DNA from: Epithemia pelagica
Lineage: Eukaryota; Protista; Bacillariophyta
Direction of reading: 5' to 3'
NCBI GenBank assembly: GCA_946965045.2
Contig: OX337228.1
Coordinates: 6,014,001 to 6,078,000 of the forward strand
Length of the DNA stretch: 64,000 nt
A program made the position numbers and the translations under genes. Below, in pieces: positions 43,873 to 54,071 of this stretch (positions within the stretch are counted from its first letter, which is position 1; the number at the start of each line of letters is the position of its first letter). The notes below the pieces were generated by a model. That model saw only the letters and a program-made list of their open reading frames with translations, had not been told where the DNA came from and searched no databases.

Positions 43873-44532
43873 TCTTCTGACTCTATTGTTGTTAAGGCAA
43901 GAGCAGTTTCCATCAACACATCACCTTCGCCTTCGATAGGTTCTTTCTTCCTTTGTGCGTGTGCGTGTGCGTCAGGTTTGGGTCACGAATTGCCCAGTCC
44001 TGCGATCTTTCCGATTCAATCACCGCCGGTCGCTGTTTAGCAGTTGCTATGGGGATAGTTTGATAGGCGGATAGGGGGTAATCAAATTTTTGACAAAGAC
44101 AAATTGACTTACTCCTACAAGATCATCCCCATTGTCGGCAGGTTTGCGATTGCATTATTTTGATCAAGAGCCTCTCCAGGGAAAGCAGAAGCATTTGCGA
44201 GTGGTAGCTGGGTTGATTTAACCCAAGGCGGTTTGGAAAAGTCGAGATCATCTTCTTTGGCTCGATTGTTGGCTGACTCCAATGTGAGTATTCACGATAT
44301 GGATAATCTCACACATTAGAGAGATCATTATCGCTTTATCCAGTCTTCCCTAAAAAGTGTAGAGCAGTCCAACTCAATGAAGACTGCAATTCCTTGTTGA
44401 AAGAGCATCACGAACTCTTTGGTTGTTCTTTTGCATGGGCGAATATCAAGCTTGCTTGGGGTGAATCATCGAGTAGAATGGCAAAATCCAAATGCAGCAG
44501 ACACTGGGCTTGTTTGACAGGACGAAGACGAG

Positions 44533-45582
44533 CTACGGCTGGGAGGCCACTTCAGGAGGAGTAGGAGATTTTAGCTTCGGCGCTGGATACGATGATGTTG
44601 ATGAAGAAAGTATAAAGCCTCTTGTCGATGTCTTTATGGCGGTTCGGTTTCTTGGGTTGTCCAAAAATGTCAACAACCTGTTTTTCAAGATGCGATCAAG
44701 ATTCGACTGTTGTCCAAGAATGATATTCACCAAAGCTCTCTCTGTACGCGGATAGATAAGCTCAGGAACTCTGCATGCCCATGGTAGAGCCGCCTTGTAG
44801 ACTGCAGGCAAAGGTAGCAATTGGCGAGAGACGACATTCGCCACCTGTGTGTAACCCAGCGCACTTTTGTCGTACGGTAACGTTGATGGGGGAAAGGGTT
44901 CAACAGACTTCTCAGATTGTGGCAAGAGATTTGCCAACGATGACAGAGTACTCCTCGTTGTCAAGGATTGACGCTTTCCTTCCTTTGAAGTGTTCTCAGC
45001 GTTGGAAGGAAGTTCTGATACTTGTTGCTTGGATCGTTTCTCGGCAGCCATTTTTGCATAGTCTCTGCCGACAAGATATTGGTCTCTTTGAAACTCGATC
45101 AATTTCTTTGCATTCTTGTACACTCGTGACTGTCTCAATCCATCCGTATCCTCTGGTATTTCTTTACTTATCCATTGAACAGCAGACTGCAGTGCCTTTG
45201 CCTCGGTTTCTTTGCGGCGTTCTTCATTTTTCTCGTTCTCTACAAATTTTCCATCCGTAGCCTCAATGGCTTTCGACTCGGAACCTGATGTTGAACCCTC
45301 CTCTTTGTCCGATTTTATAGTGGAGGTAGAATCGCTTGAAATGTTAAAAAGTAGAGACCCAACCATAACCGCCAAACGAGCTTCTTCTCGTTGTCGAGGA
45401 GAACTGGACTCTCTCAAAGAACGGTGAGCTTTTAGTTGAATTGGCCGTGCCGCAGACGACACATCAGTATCTTGGATTCTCTTAGAAATACCAAGGTTTC
45501 CACCACCCTCATTATGGCTTTGTTCAGCGGACGATGCCGCCGCATTCCTGTCAGAAACATTATCTCCTGGTTGTTTCCCCAT
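44533..45582 (-). CDS. Hypothetical protein
   Basis: 349-aa ORF with a disordered N-terminus and an ordered-looking C-terminal block (LPWACRVPELIYPRTERALVNIILG...LLTFLDNPRNR). No family recognised. Confidence 0.7.
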   Translation of the reverse strand: MGKQPGDNVSDRNAAASSAEQSHNEGGGNLGISKRIQDTDVSSAARPIQLKAHRSLRESSSPRQREEARLAVMVGSLLFNISSDSTSTIKSDKEEGSTSGSESKAIEATDGKFVENEKNEERRKETEAKALQSAVQWISKEIPEDTDGLRQSRVYKNAKKLIEFQRDQYLVGRDYAKMAAEKRSKQQVSELPSNAENTSKEGKRQSLTTRSTLSSLANLLPQSEKSVEPFPPSTLPYDKSALGYTQVANVVSRQLLPLPAVYKAALPWACRVPELIYPRTERALVNIILGQQSNLDRILKNRLLTFLDNPRNRTAIKTSTRGFILSSSTSSYPAPKLKSPTPPEVASQP

Positions 45583-45820
45583 GGTTTATTGGGATATTGA
45601 TTTGTGGATTCGTCTGTGGACAAACTGGTCGCTTTTTGGATCGAATCTCGATCGCGATTGACCAATCCAGTCCCACAGGACTGAAGTACCTTTCCTATTT
45701 TTCCAACTGATGAATGACGTGAATCAGCTACTCCTACTCCTATGACAAAGGAGTAGGTACGAATTACGAATGCTCAAGGCTCTTCTTTAGGGTTCACTTT
45801 ATTGTTTTCTAGTTGGCCAC

Positions 45821-48478
45821 CTAGTCAATGGTTTCGGTGGTTATGTTGTTTGTCCGAGCTCGCTCGTTCCTAGCTTTCTCCATTTCTAGTTCGGCTTGCA
45901 ATTTTGCCGTGGTCTTTTCGCTCTCCATGGACTTTTCCAATAAGGAGGCAATGGCTGAATTGGAATCATGCAAACGAGATCTTAAATCTTCCATCATGCT
46001 TTTGTTCGCTTTCTCCAGACTGGAAATGATCATTTTGGCATTGGCCAAAGATTCCTTTTCTGTTTTCAGTTCCTTGAGGGCTCGCTCTTTTTCAAGCCGA
46101 GCTTGTGTTAGCTCTCCCTTCAGTTTTTCATCCGAGACTGGGTGTTCATTGGGAGGCGACGCAGGTTGCTGCTTCCCGGCGTGCGCCAAGATCGTTGCCA
46201 AAGCCTCGACCTGAGATGTGGTGTAGCTCGAAGTTGTGGAGGGCGGTGGAGGAGGTGTTGCTCCAGTTTCTTCATCTTCGTCATCGTCTTCGGCGTCATC
46301 GGATATGTAACCGACCTCCTCCTCTTTGAGACTGTCGCGCAAAACTACGAGTTCACGTTCTTTTTTCGTCAAAACTTCCATGTTGGTCGAGCATTCCAAT
46401 CTCAACATTTCAATTTCTGCGCTCATATTTTTGACTTCGTTTTCTCGATGCTTTTCCACACGCTCTGCCTCCAAGCGATAATGTAGGGATTCCTCCTTTA
46501 GTTTTCGAATCTCTTCTTGCATCGATTTAGTCTCCGCTTCCGATGGTGCTTGATCTCTTTGATACACAACCATCTGTCGTTGTTGAGCCGACTTTCCATC
46601 GTCATCGTCACCATTTGCTTCGTTGAAATGGTCGAGACTTCGTTTGAGCGCTTCACCGCAATCCGCAAAGAGTTCCACTAAATTTTGGACCGATGAAGGG
46701 TCGTGGGTAGTTTCTAAAATCACCGAGGCAGACCGTAGATCTGCGAGTGATGCTTCAATAATACCCGAAAGTTCCGACCGATCTTGGTATAGCTGATGCT
46801 TGTAATCATCGGATTCTGCCGACACACGTTGGACCTCCCGCAATTCGGTGGCCAGTGTGTCCCTCGTCTTCTTGCATTGATGCAAATCCATCTTTAGACT
46901 CGCAATTTCCATATCCTTGGCTTTGAGCTTGACACGTGTGTCGGAGGCCATATCGCCACTGGCGTTCTCTAAGGAGGTGATAATCATTTTGGCATTCTCC
47001 AACTGCGAGGATTTCTCGTCGAGCTGTCGTTTTAGTTTCTCTGGATCTTCAGATGGGTCTCCCTTTCTTTGCATATGTAAATGCCTCTTCAGTTTGGCCA
47101 CTTGCTTTCTTTGAGAATCCAACTCACTCTCGGAAGCATCCTTGACTGCCTTGAGTTCCGAGTAGCGCTCCTGAACCTCGGCCAATTCTTGCCGCAACGA
47201 ACGAATCTCGTAGTCCCTGCCTCTTCCGACATGTTCTGCTTCCTTCTTTTCCTCGGTATCATCAATTGCAGCGTCGAGAGAGGCCATGGCCTTGTCACGC
47301 TCGTGCGTCACATCGGCAAGGACTCGTTGAATCGCACGCATCGCTCCGTCCTGTTCCTCTTGTTGCTCCAGGAGCTTCTCTTGGAGCTGTGTGACTTCGT
47401 CTTGTCGCTCATTCAAGAGTGTTTGAATGGTATCCCACAATTGCTTTTCCTCCGGGGTAAGACGATGAAGCGTGGGAGTCTTGGCGCGGAGTCCGGCAAT
47501 CATGGCACCGATATTGGTCTCTTCGACACCACCCAAACTGCTCACATCGTCGTCGGCAGAGGTCGCTGGAACAATCGCCGTCGAGGTGGTTTGGTTCAAA
47601 GTCATGTGGTTGCCACCCGGACCATGCGACCGTGAAACATTGACACTGGGAGGCAACGCAGGTCCTCCGGTTCGCGTGTTGGAAGAATAGCCAGAAGGCC
47701 CATGAAAGGACCGAATATCGGCAGACCGTTCATCCATGGGAATGTCCTCGCCATCTTCTCCTCCCATTGGAGGTTCCCCGTTGATTTGATTGACACTCCT
47801 CCTGTACGGAGGTTGGTTGTTTCGGCTCGCATGGTTCCGTTTTCGCATACTGCGACTGGCACCCGTACCATCGGCCACCAAACAAGAGTCACTGGCCACG
47901 GAAAGATTGGAAGAATCCGCGTACGGTTGGTGTGTGGGAGAGTGTTGTCGGTTGGACTGTGGGGAAGGTCCCCATTCGGACGAGACGGATCGATCCGAGG
48001 ACGAATTCAATCGGCCCAGGGCGTTGCTGCTGTGATTCATGGTGTGATCGGGCGGTTCATCCCAGGACAAGGAGCCTCCCATTGCCAGTGGCAGATGCTG
48101 TTGTTTCAACGGTGGACGGATCACTGGATTTCGAGATCTTCGCGAGGGAGAACTACCATGATTGTCCTCGAATTGAGGAGAGGAGGGAGGCGATGAGCTG
48201 CTGGTAAGATTGGTGTTGTTGTTGGTGTTGCCACTCTTTAAGGTGGACGGAGAGGGAGGTCGTTGTCGTCCAAACATTCCTGGATTGGCACCATTGTTAC
48301 CATTGTTTTCGGAGCCCTCTCTTCTTTGTCGAGTTCTCCGCACGTCACGAGCGCGGCTCGACAGCGATGGTCGGCCGTTGCCAGGGCCAGATTGATGAGT
48401 GAGCATAGTTATTTCCAATTTGGAGGAAACTTGAGAAGATTGTTTCAGACCGTTTGCTTGCAAAAATGCTTCCAACAA
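45821..48478 (-). CDS. Large coiled-coil protein with disordered N-terminus; likely start near 48403
   Basis: Long E/K/L/Q heptad-rich segments. Internal repeat LENAKMIITSLENA / LANAKMIISSLEKA. Confidence 0.8.
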   Translation of the reverse strand: MLEAFLQANGLKQSSQVSSKLEITMLTHQSGPGNGRPSLSSRARDVRRTRQRREGSENNGNNGANPGMFGRQRPPSPSTLKSGNTNNNTNLTSSSSPPSSPQFEDNHGSSPSRRSRNPVIRPPLKQQHLPLAMGGSLSWDEPPDHTMNHSSNALGRLNSSSDRSVSSEWGPSPQSNRQHSPTHQPYADSSNLSVASDSCLVADGTGASRSMRKRNHASRNNQPPYRRSVNQINGEPPMGGEDGEDIPMDERSADIRSFHGPSGYSSNTRTGGPALPPSVNVSRSHGPGGNHMTLNQTTSTAIVPATSADDDVSSLGGVEETNIGAMIAGLRAKTPTLHRLTPEEKQLWDTIQTLLNERQDEVTQLQEKLLEQQEEQDGAMRAIQRVLADVTHERDKAMASLDAAIDDTEEKKEAEHVGRGRDYEIRSLRQELAEVQERYSELKAVKDASESELDSQRKQVAKLKRHLHMQRKGDPSEDPEKLKRQLDEKSSQLENAKMIITSLENASGDMASDTRVKLKAKDMEIASLKMDLHQCKKTRDTLATELREVQRVSAESDDYKHQLYQDRSELSGIIEASLADLRSASVILETTHDPSSVQNLVELFADCGEALKRSLDHFNEANGDDDDGKSAQQRQMVVYQRDQAPSEAETKSMQEEIRKLKEESLHYRLEAERVEKHRENEVKNMSAEIEMLRLECSTNMEVLTKKERELVVLRDSLKEEEVGYISDDAEDDDEDEETGATPPPPPSTTSSYTTSQVEALATILAHAGKQQPASPPNEHPVSDEKLKGELTQARLEKERALKELKTEKESLANAKMIISSLEKANKSMMEDLRSRLHDSNSAIASLLEKSMESEKTTAKLQAELEMEKARNERARTNNITTETID

Positions 48479-49294
48479 TGAAAGAACCTTACTCCAATCT
48501 TCTGAGGACTGCGCAATGGGACGTTAGCCTAACCTCTCTTTCGCGACAAATTGTTGTCCTTTGTTGAAAGAGACCGATGCACAGGGTGTCCATTCAGATT
48601 CGAGTTATGGATCGTCCTCCATATGCGATGACAAGGAACTTGTTGCCTGTCCACTGTTTAGGCGAGAGAAGGGAACGCGATGTGCCAAATCGTTCGAACC
48701 CTGCTTTGGTGGATGGGTGGAGCTTTCTCGTCTTCTAGTAAAAATTACGGCCTCAATCTTTTTCCAAATCGTTTAAAAGGCTCGCAGTCCCGTGGGCCAG
48801 GCATCCAAAATACTGCTCCTCACCCGACGTTGTCCGCGCCCGGACTGGAGAATGACTTTTTCCTTTCTTTTTTCCCGCGCCCGTCTGTACACAATCCGCG
48901 CCAACTGGCTGGAACTGATGGAATAGGACGCGGAGTTGCATCCAATCACATAATTCTTACATCCTAAATAGACAGACGGACAGACAGACAGTAAACGTCA
49001 ACGGACACTCAATAGCAGTGTACTGGTACTGGTACAGCATCTTATTTTGTTCTCCCCCCTGCCTCAAATAAATCATCCCCCCCAAAAGAAACGAGAATTC
49101 TGAACTTTCCCCTTCTTTTCTTCCATGGACCACCTCATTGGTTTGACCTTTGACCTCATCAACCTTTTTTCTGACGAACATCATTCGCTCTTCCCTGTTG
49201 ACGACAAACATCTTCCTCCAGTAACAACCAATCAATCAGCATCTCAACAGAAAAAGAGGACTTACCCCTTTCTGTGGGTGTGAGAGCATCGAAA

Positions 49295-50194
49295 ATGGCA
49301 ACATCGAAAATGGCAACAGAGAATACCTCTTTGCTGGCTACGAATGGTTCTGCGAACGGATCGACCCCCACGATGAATGCACGGGAGGCTTTTGAAGGTG
49401 CTAATGCCGACGCATCGCGAGCCTATCATCAAACGAAATCTGCCAGAGAAGGACACAAAACGGAAGGTGGCTTGTTGAAACCTGTCATATTCGGTGGTCT
49501 GGATGGAATATTGACTTCGTTTGCGATTGTGGCCGGGGCAGCCGGAGGGAACTTGTCCCCCCAAGTGGTTCTCATTCTAGGATTTTCCAATATACTGGCC
49601 GATGCCTTGTCCATGGGCGTGGGAGAGTTTCTTTCTTCGAAAGCCGACAATGAATGGATCTTGTCAGAACGAAGAAGAGAAGAATGGGAAGTCGAGTCCT
49701 ATCCAGAAGGTGAAATCAAGGAGATGATAGAAATCTTTGAATCCAAAGGAATGAGTCACAAAGACGCCGTAGTTGTGATTGAAACCATGGCCAAATACAA
49801 GGATTTGTTTGTGGATATCATGATGAACCAGGAATTGGAGCTGCAAGTTCCAGAAGACGATCACGTGGTGGAGAGTATGAAGGAGGGCTTTGTTATGTTC
49901 TGTGCCTTTGCCATCTTTGGATCGCTGCCCTTGTTGGGCTATGTGATCATCCCTTCGGCCTTCCCCGACTTGGGGTCGGAAGTATTGTTCTGGTCAGCAT
50001 GTTGCGTCACAGCTCTTGTACTATTTGGCCTAGGCTCTGTCAAATCTCTCTTTACGACACAACACTGGGTATGTAGTGGAGCGGAAACCTTGTGTCTGGG
50101 TGGAGTATGTGCCTTTGTGGCATTTTCAGTGGGCCAAGTGGTTCAACAAGGTCTTGACTACAGTGAGGACGATCTTTTAACGATGCATGAGTAA
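49295..50194 (+). CDS. VIT1: VIT1/CCC1-family vacuolar iron/manganese transporter
   Basis: VIFGGLDGILTSFAIVAGAAG, LGFSNILADALSMGVGEFLSSKA, ERRREEWE, EIKEMIEIF, FVDIMM..ELEL, FAIFGSLPLLGY, LFGLGSVKS. Confidence 0.93.
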   Translation: MATSKMATENTSLLATNGSANGSTPTMNAREAFEGANADASRAYHQTKSAREGHKTEGGLLKPVIFGGLDGILTSFAIVAGAAGGNLSPQVVLILGFSNILADALSMGVGEFLSSKADNEWILSERRREEWEVESYPEGEIKEMIEIFESKGMSHKDAVVVIETMAKYKDLFVDIMMNQELELQVPEDDHVVESMKEGFVMFCAFAIFGSLPLLGYVIIPSAFPDLGSEVLFWSACCVTALVLFGLGSVKSLFTTQHWVCSGAETLCLGGVCAFVAFSVGQVVQQGLDYSEDDLLTMHE

Positions 50195-50504
50195 CTGTGG
50201 AACGTGTGTTCCGTCGATGAACAACTGCGAGGCTTGTGGAGAGGTTGACAATGGAGAACTGGGACAAGAAATACTCAGTACCAGCCCCTGACGACCAGAA
50301 TGAGAACGAAGACGAGATACATTCGCATTAAGGCTACGTATCGAGAGATGCGCAGAGATATATAATTCTTAGCTTCTGGCATTTTCGGGCCCTTTACAAT
50401 TGCGCATCTTAACTTTTCGTTAGTTGTCAACACGAATTCAGTCTTTTCCCTTGTACTCTCTAAAAATTACATGAGAAGAAATTGTAAACAGGCAGGGGCA
50501 TGAT

Positions 50505-50743
50505 AAACTGTCTAGTTTCTTGGAATCACGAAAATATTGTCGGCGTCTTGTTCGCCCAACTGTTTGGCAACCCAGTTTGATTGGAAACTGTCTAGTTTCT
50601 TGGAATCAAGAAAACATCGCGGGGTCTTGTTCGCCCAAACGTTTGGCAACCTATTGATTGGAAACTGTCTAGTTTCTTGGAATCAAGAAAACATCGTCAG
50701 GGTCTTGTTCGCCCAACCGTTTGGCAACCCACTGGTTGGAAAC
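50505..50743. repeat. Three ~78-bp tandem copies of the 3' end (last ~22 codons + stop) of the 50669-51779 gene
   Basis: Units start at 50505, 50585 and 50662, each aaactgtctagtttcttggaatca.gaaaa.at.g...gg.gtcttgttcgcccaa..gtttggcaacc...ttgg. The third unit contains the functional stop (50669-50671, minus strand). Confidence 0.95.
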
Positions 50744-51779
50744 AACACGAATTTCTCTCATCCCCATGAATCGGTCTAGTTTCACCACCATCTTTTGAGA
50801 TCCATCGGGGTATTGACCAATGAGAATGCCCGTCTTTCCTTTTTCTGGTCCTTTAATCAACACAACCAAATCGCGAACCAAAGGTGGGTCTTTGATCGGA
50901 TCCGAAAATATCAGAGCATCATCGCTAATGTCTTTAAAGTACGGTTCCGTGGATATCGAATCATCGTAGTAGCTGTACAAGCCCCCAACGTGGAGATAGC
51001 GATCGAAATGGAGACTCATGTCCGCATAAGCAATATAAGCTTCGTCTAGTGCTTTTCGCGTGGTGGCCAGTTTCAATCGTTGCACCGAGGCAAAGAAGCG
51101 ACCAACCTCGTATCGCAAGGCAACTCGCAAGCCCTTATCAGTGGGTGCATCGGTCGGAAAGGCAGAATCTGTATAGGTCGTAAAAACAGGAACAAACGAT
51201 CTGAGCTGAGCAGGATATTGTTCAACGAGATCCCACCGTTCTTGCATAAGATCCCGCTGGAGTTCATCCTTTTTGGAGTAAATGGTCGGACCAAATGAAC
51301 GGAAACAGGATCATGTCAGATACCATATCAGAAGCCGACACTTCACGTTCTCATGCCAATCAAATAATTTCTCGTACCATGATACGCCCTACTTTTCGGA
51401 TCTTGGAGGGAAGTCCTCCCATTCGTCGACTCGATGGAGTTTGCATGGGCACAGCGGAGGGATAATTGTTGTTGTTCATGTTACCACCATTCGTCACATC
51501 AGCAACAGCCGGTCTAGGGGCCAAAGACGAGACCGGCATCAGAGCTGAACCAATCGCCAATAAATTTCCTCCGACGAATCGCCGTCTTTCGACTGAGTAG
51601 AACTCGGAATCGTCGTTGCTCTGCCAGAGGAGCGTGTTTGTCGCATCATACGAATCTGGTGTTCTGTGAATTGCAATCTCGCGGTTTTTCCTGCCTTTGG
51701 AGAATGGCGTAGGACATAAAGGAAATGACAAAGCAGCCCCTAACAAAATCAAGAAGCACGATGTATGAAACAAACTCAT
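50669..51779 (-). CDS. Putative thylakoid-lumen protein (signal + transit + twin-arginine peptide; helical domain + KOW-like motif); 2 exons (intron 51377-51269)
   Basis: MSLFHTSCFLILLGAALS-F..., then ERRRFVGGNLLAIGSALMPVSSLAPRPAVA|D. Mature part GGLPSKIRKVGRIM|DELQRDLMQERW...LRYEVGRFF...HFDRYL, then DLVVLIKGPEKGKTGILIG. Confidence 0.75.
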
Positions 51780-52032
51780 CCTTGGAGTCTGATGATCTGG
51801 GTTCGTTGTTTGCACTTTTGAAGTTGACAGATCTATCCAAATCCACTGATAGATAGGTAGACTTGAGCGCTGTTTTGACGACCAAAATGCGATCAATGGA
51901 ATTTGTAAATTCGATGAAAGCTTCTACGGCTAACGGCTAGGCCCAGTGCAATTACAATGAAACTGACTTAAGGGGAATAGGAGTAGTTGTTAAAAGGTAA
52001 AAGGAGAAAGGAGGACGCCAGGATGAGAGAAG

Positions 52033-52977
52033 TTACAATTCATCCTTAGCAGCCTTGGCCTTGGAGGCCTTGACAGATTTCAAAAGACCAAGTCCAGAAT
52101 CCTTGACGGCGGCAATGGCGGCGTCCTTGTCTTCTGAAAGCTTCTGGTAGGCTTCCTGGAGCTTAGAGACCTCTGCCTTGAAATCCTCTTCGGCCTTGGT
52201 AAGCTTGGCTTCTTCGGTGGAGATCATACTGTCCAAATCAGCATCGCTCATTGCCAAGAAATTTTCGATTTGTGCCTTCTTCTCGTCGTCGCACAATTCA
52301 ATGTTGGAGACGGAGCAGATAGGTTTCAAGTTTTCCTTGGCGAACTTGGAGAGATCGGTGAAGCTTCGGCTGCCTTGGTAATCATCAAGGGCAGTGGGGT
52401 CACCGTACTTGAGGGTGGGGAAACCACGCACGCCATTGGCGTCACAGAGAGGCTTGCCTTCGGCGGTACAGTCAACTTCGGCGACAAGACCGCTATCACT
52501 TCCGCTCCATTCCTCCGCAAGCTTTTCCCAATCAGGTGCCATCTTTTTGCAGTGACCACACTATAGAAATTCAAAGAACAAGAAATTGTCAGCGTCAGAC
52601 TCCAATAACGATTTTAGGACGGCCGATGTGCCCAACATGTACAACGTCGACGAGCAGTGGAGGTGCAACGTCGATGATCTGAATACATCTTCCAGGATGT
52701 TTCTCAATCTTTGATATCCATCGGTCACTTCCATCCAAATCTAACCAAATTTCGACAAGTCAAATTCCTTGACGCTCCAAACACGTCTTTCCCCGTGGCG
52801 GTCATTGTTATCATTCGAGTTTCGGCGCGATAGAAATCTTACCCAAGGAGCAAAGAATTTGATGAAGACGGTCTTTCCTCCGGTCATATCATCGTAGTTA
52901 TCGGGAGTCAAGCTGGGAACTGTACCGCCAGCGACAGCAGCAATAACAGAAAGGAGAACGGCGACAGAGAGCTTCAT
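52033..52977 (-). CDS. ER protein-disulfide-isomerase-like protein (single thioredoxin domain WCGHC, coiled-coil, KDEL); 2 exons (intron 52842-52561)
   Basis: Signal peptide MKLSVAVLLSVIAAVAG, FIKFFAPW|CGHCKKMAPDW, VDCT, VRGFPTLKYG, DYQGSRS, C-terminal KDEL. Confidence 0.93.
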
Positions 52978-53307
52978 GGTGGGATAGTGAGATTGGGAGT
53001 CCGGTCTTTGGGTTGTTTTGATATCGTCGCAAAGATTTGGGTGGATGCCTTTCGAACCATACGCCGGCAGGCAAATCGCTCGAGGTCACAAGGCTGTCTG
53101 TGACATGTATACTTAAGGTCGCGTGGCCATCCGTGACAAAATAATTAATGAAAAAACTGTCTTTCAATTGTCTTACATTCCTCCATTAGAAGACCCCATG
53201 TCCAAACGAGAAATGCCACGTGTTAGAGCGAAAAAGAAAATCGTTGGTTTTATATCGTCGGTACACCACTATTTGACGATGTCGGCTGCGTACCAATCGA
53301 TGATGTC

Positions 53308-53393
53308 GGCTGCGTGGCGCAATGGTAGCGCGTGTCCCTCCTACGCTGAACGGACGCAGGACAAGGTTGTGGGTTCGAGTCCCACCGCGGTCG
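53308..53393 (+). tRNA. tRNA-Arg(CCT) with 14-nt intron at canonical position 37/38
   Basis: Acceptor stem ggctgcg/cgcggtc; D arm gcgc-aatggta-gcgc; anticodon stem tgtcc/ggaca with ct-CCT-a (53340-53342); intron 53344-53357; T arm gtggg-ttcgagt-cccac; followed by a TTTT Pol III terminator. Confidence 0.93.
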
Positions 53394-54071
53394 TTTTGCT
53401 TCGGTGTATTTGGTTGTCGTACCATGACCCAATCACCTGTCTTTACCATTGGAACTATGGTAGGTATCAGAAGCTGACATAGGGAGGAAGTGGAAAGTGA
53501 CGATCAATGCTCTCCAAAGCAGGATTTTGTGTGTCGGGACTAGTTTCAACTGAGGGCGAATTGATTTGATATTTGATACAACATGGATTTTCTCCTTAGT
53601 GTAAGATTGTCGTACCTAGTTTTTGAGCCTTGACTCCCAAGGACGCAAATGAGAATGTATCGCAAATGATGATGAGTACTCCTACTTCTATTCCTAACCA
53701 ACTCGTCTTCTTGTTCCTTTTTTCTGGATGGTCCTCTGTAGATTGAGGGTTGAGGGTTGAGGGGGTAGTACAAGTATGGGACTTACAATAGAACATGGGG
53801 ATATCTCAGTCTGGAGTCTGGATTATTTATTTTTCATACCCGCACCTCTATCGAAATCATAACGCGGGCCGCCCTTGCCACGCACGAAATTTACAGAGCG
53901 CCCGTCCGTGTCCACCCAAAAATGTCCCAAAGCTTGAGACAACCCCCACTTCCAATTGCGTCACTTTTCTGATGCCCTTTGCATCAGTTGTTGCTACCAA
54001 AGATTCGTAGTGGACCCATCGACGATCGACTTGAGTCTATTTGAAGCACTTTTTGGAACCAAGACGACATT

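Noticed and set aside
50505-50743. CRISPR-like reading of the ~78-bp repeats
   Set aside because: The units are contiguous degenerate copies of a gene end with no unique spacers, in a eukaryotic context with no cas genes.
52549-52560. Possible Sec codon in the PDI active site
   Set aside because: The spliced codon is TGT (Cys), not TGA.
53743-53763. (TTGAGGG)3 telomere-like / G-rich run
   Set aside because: Only three units, differs from the TTAGGG repeat known for diatoms, and has three G-tracts, too few for an intramolecular G-quadruplex. Most likely a microsatellite.
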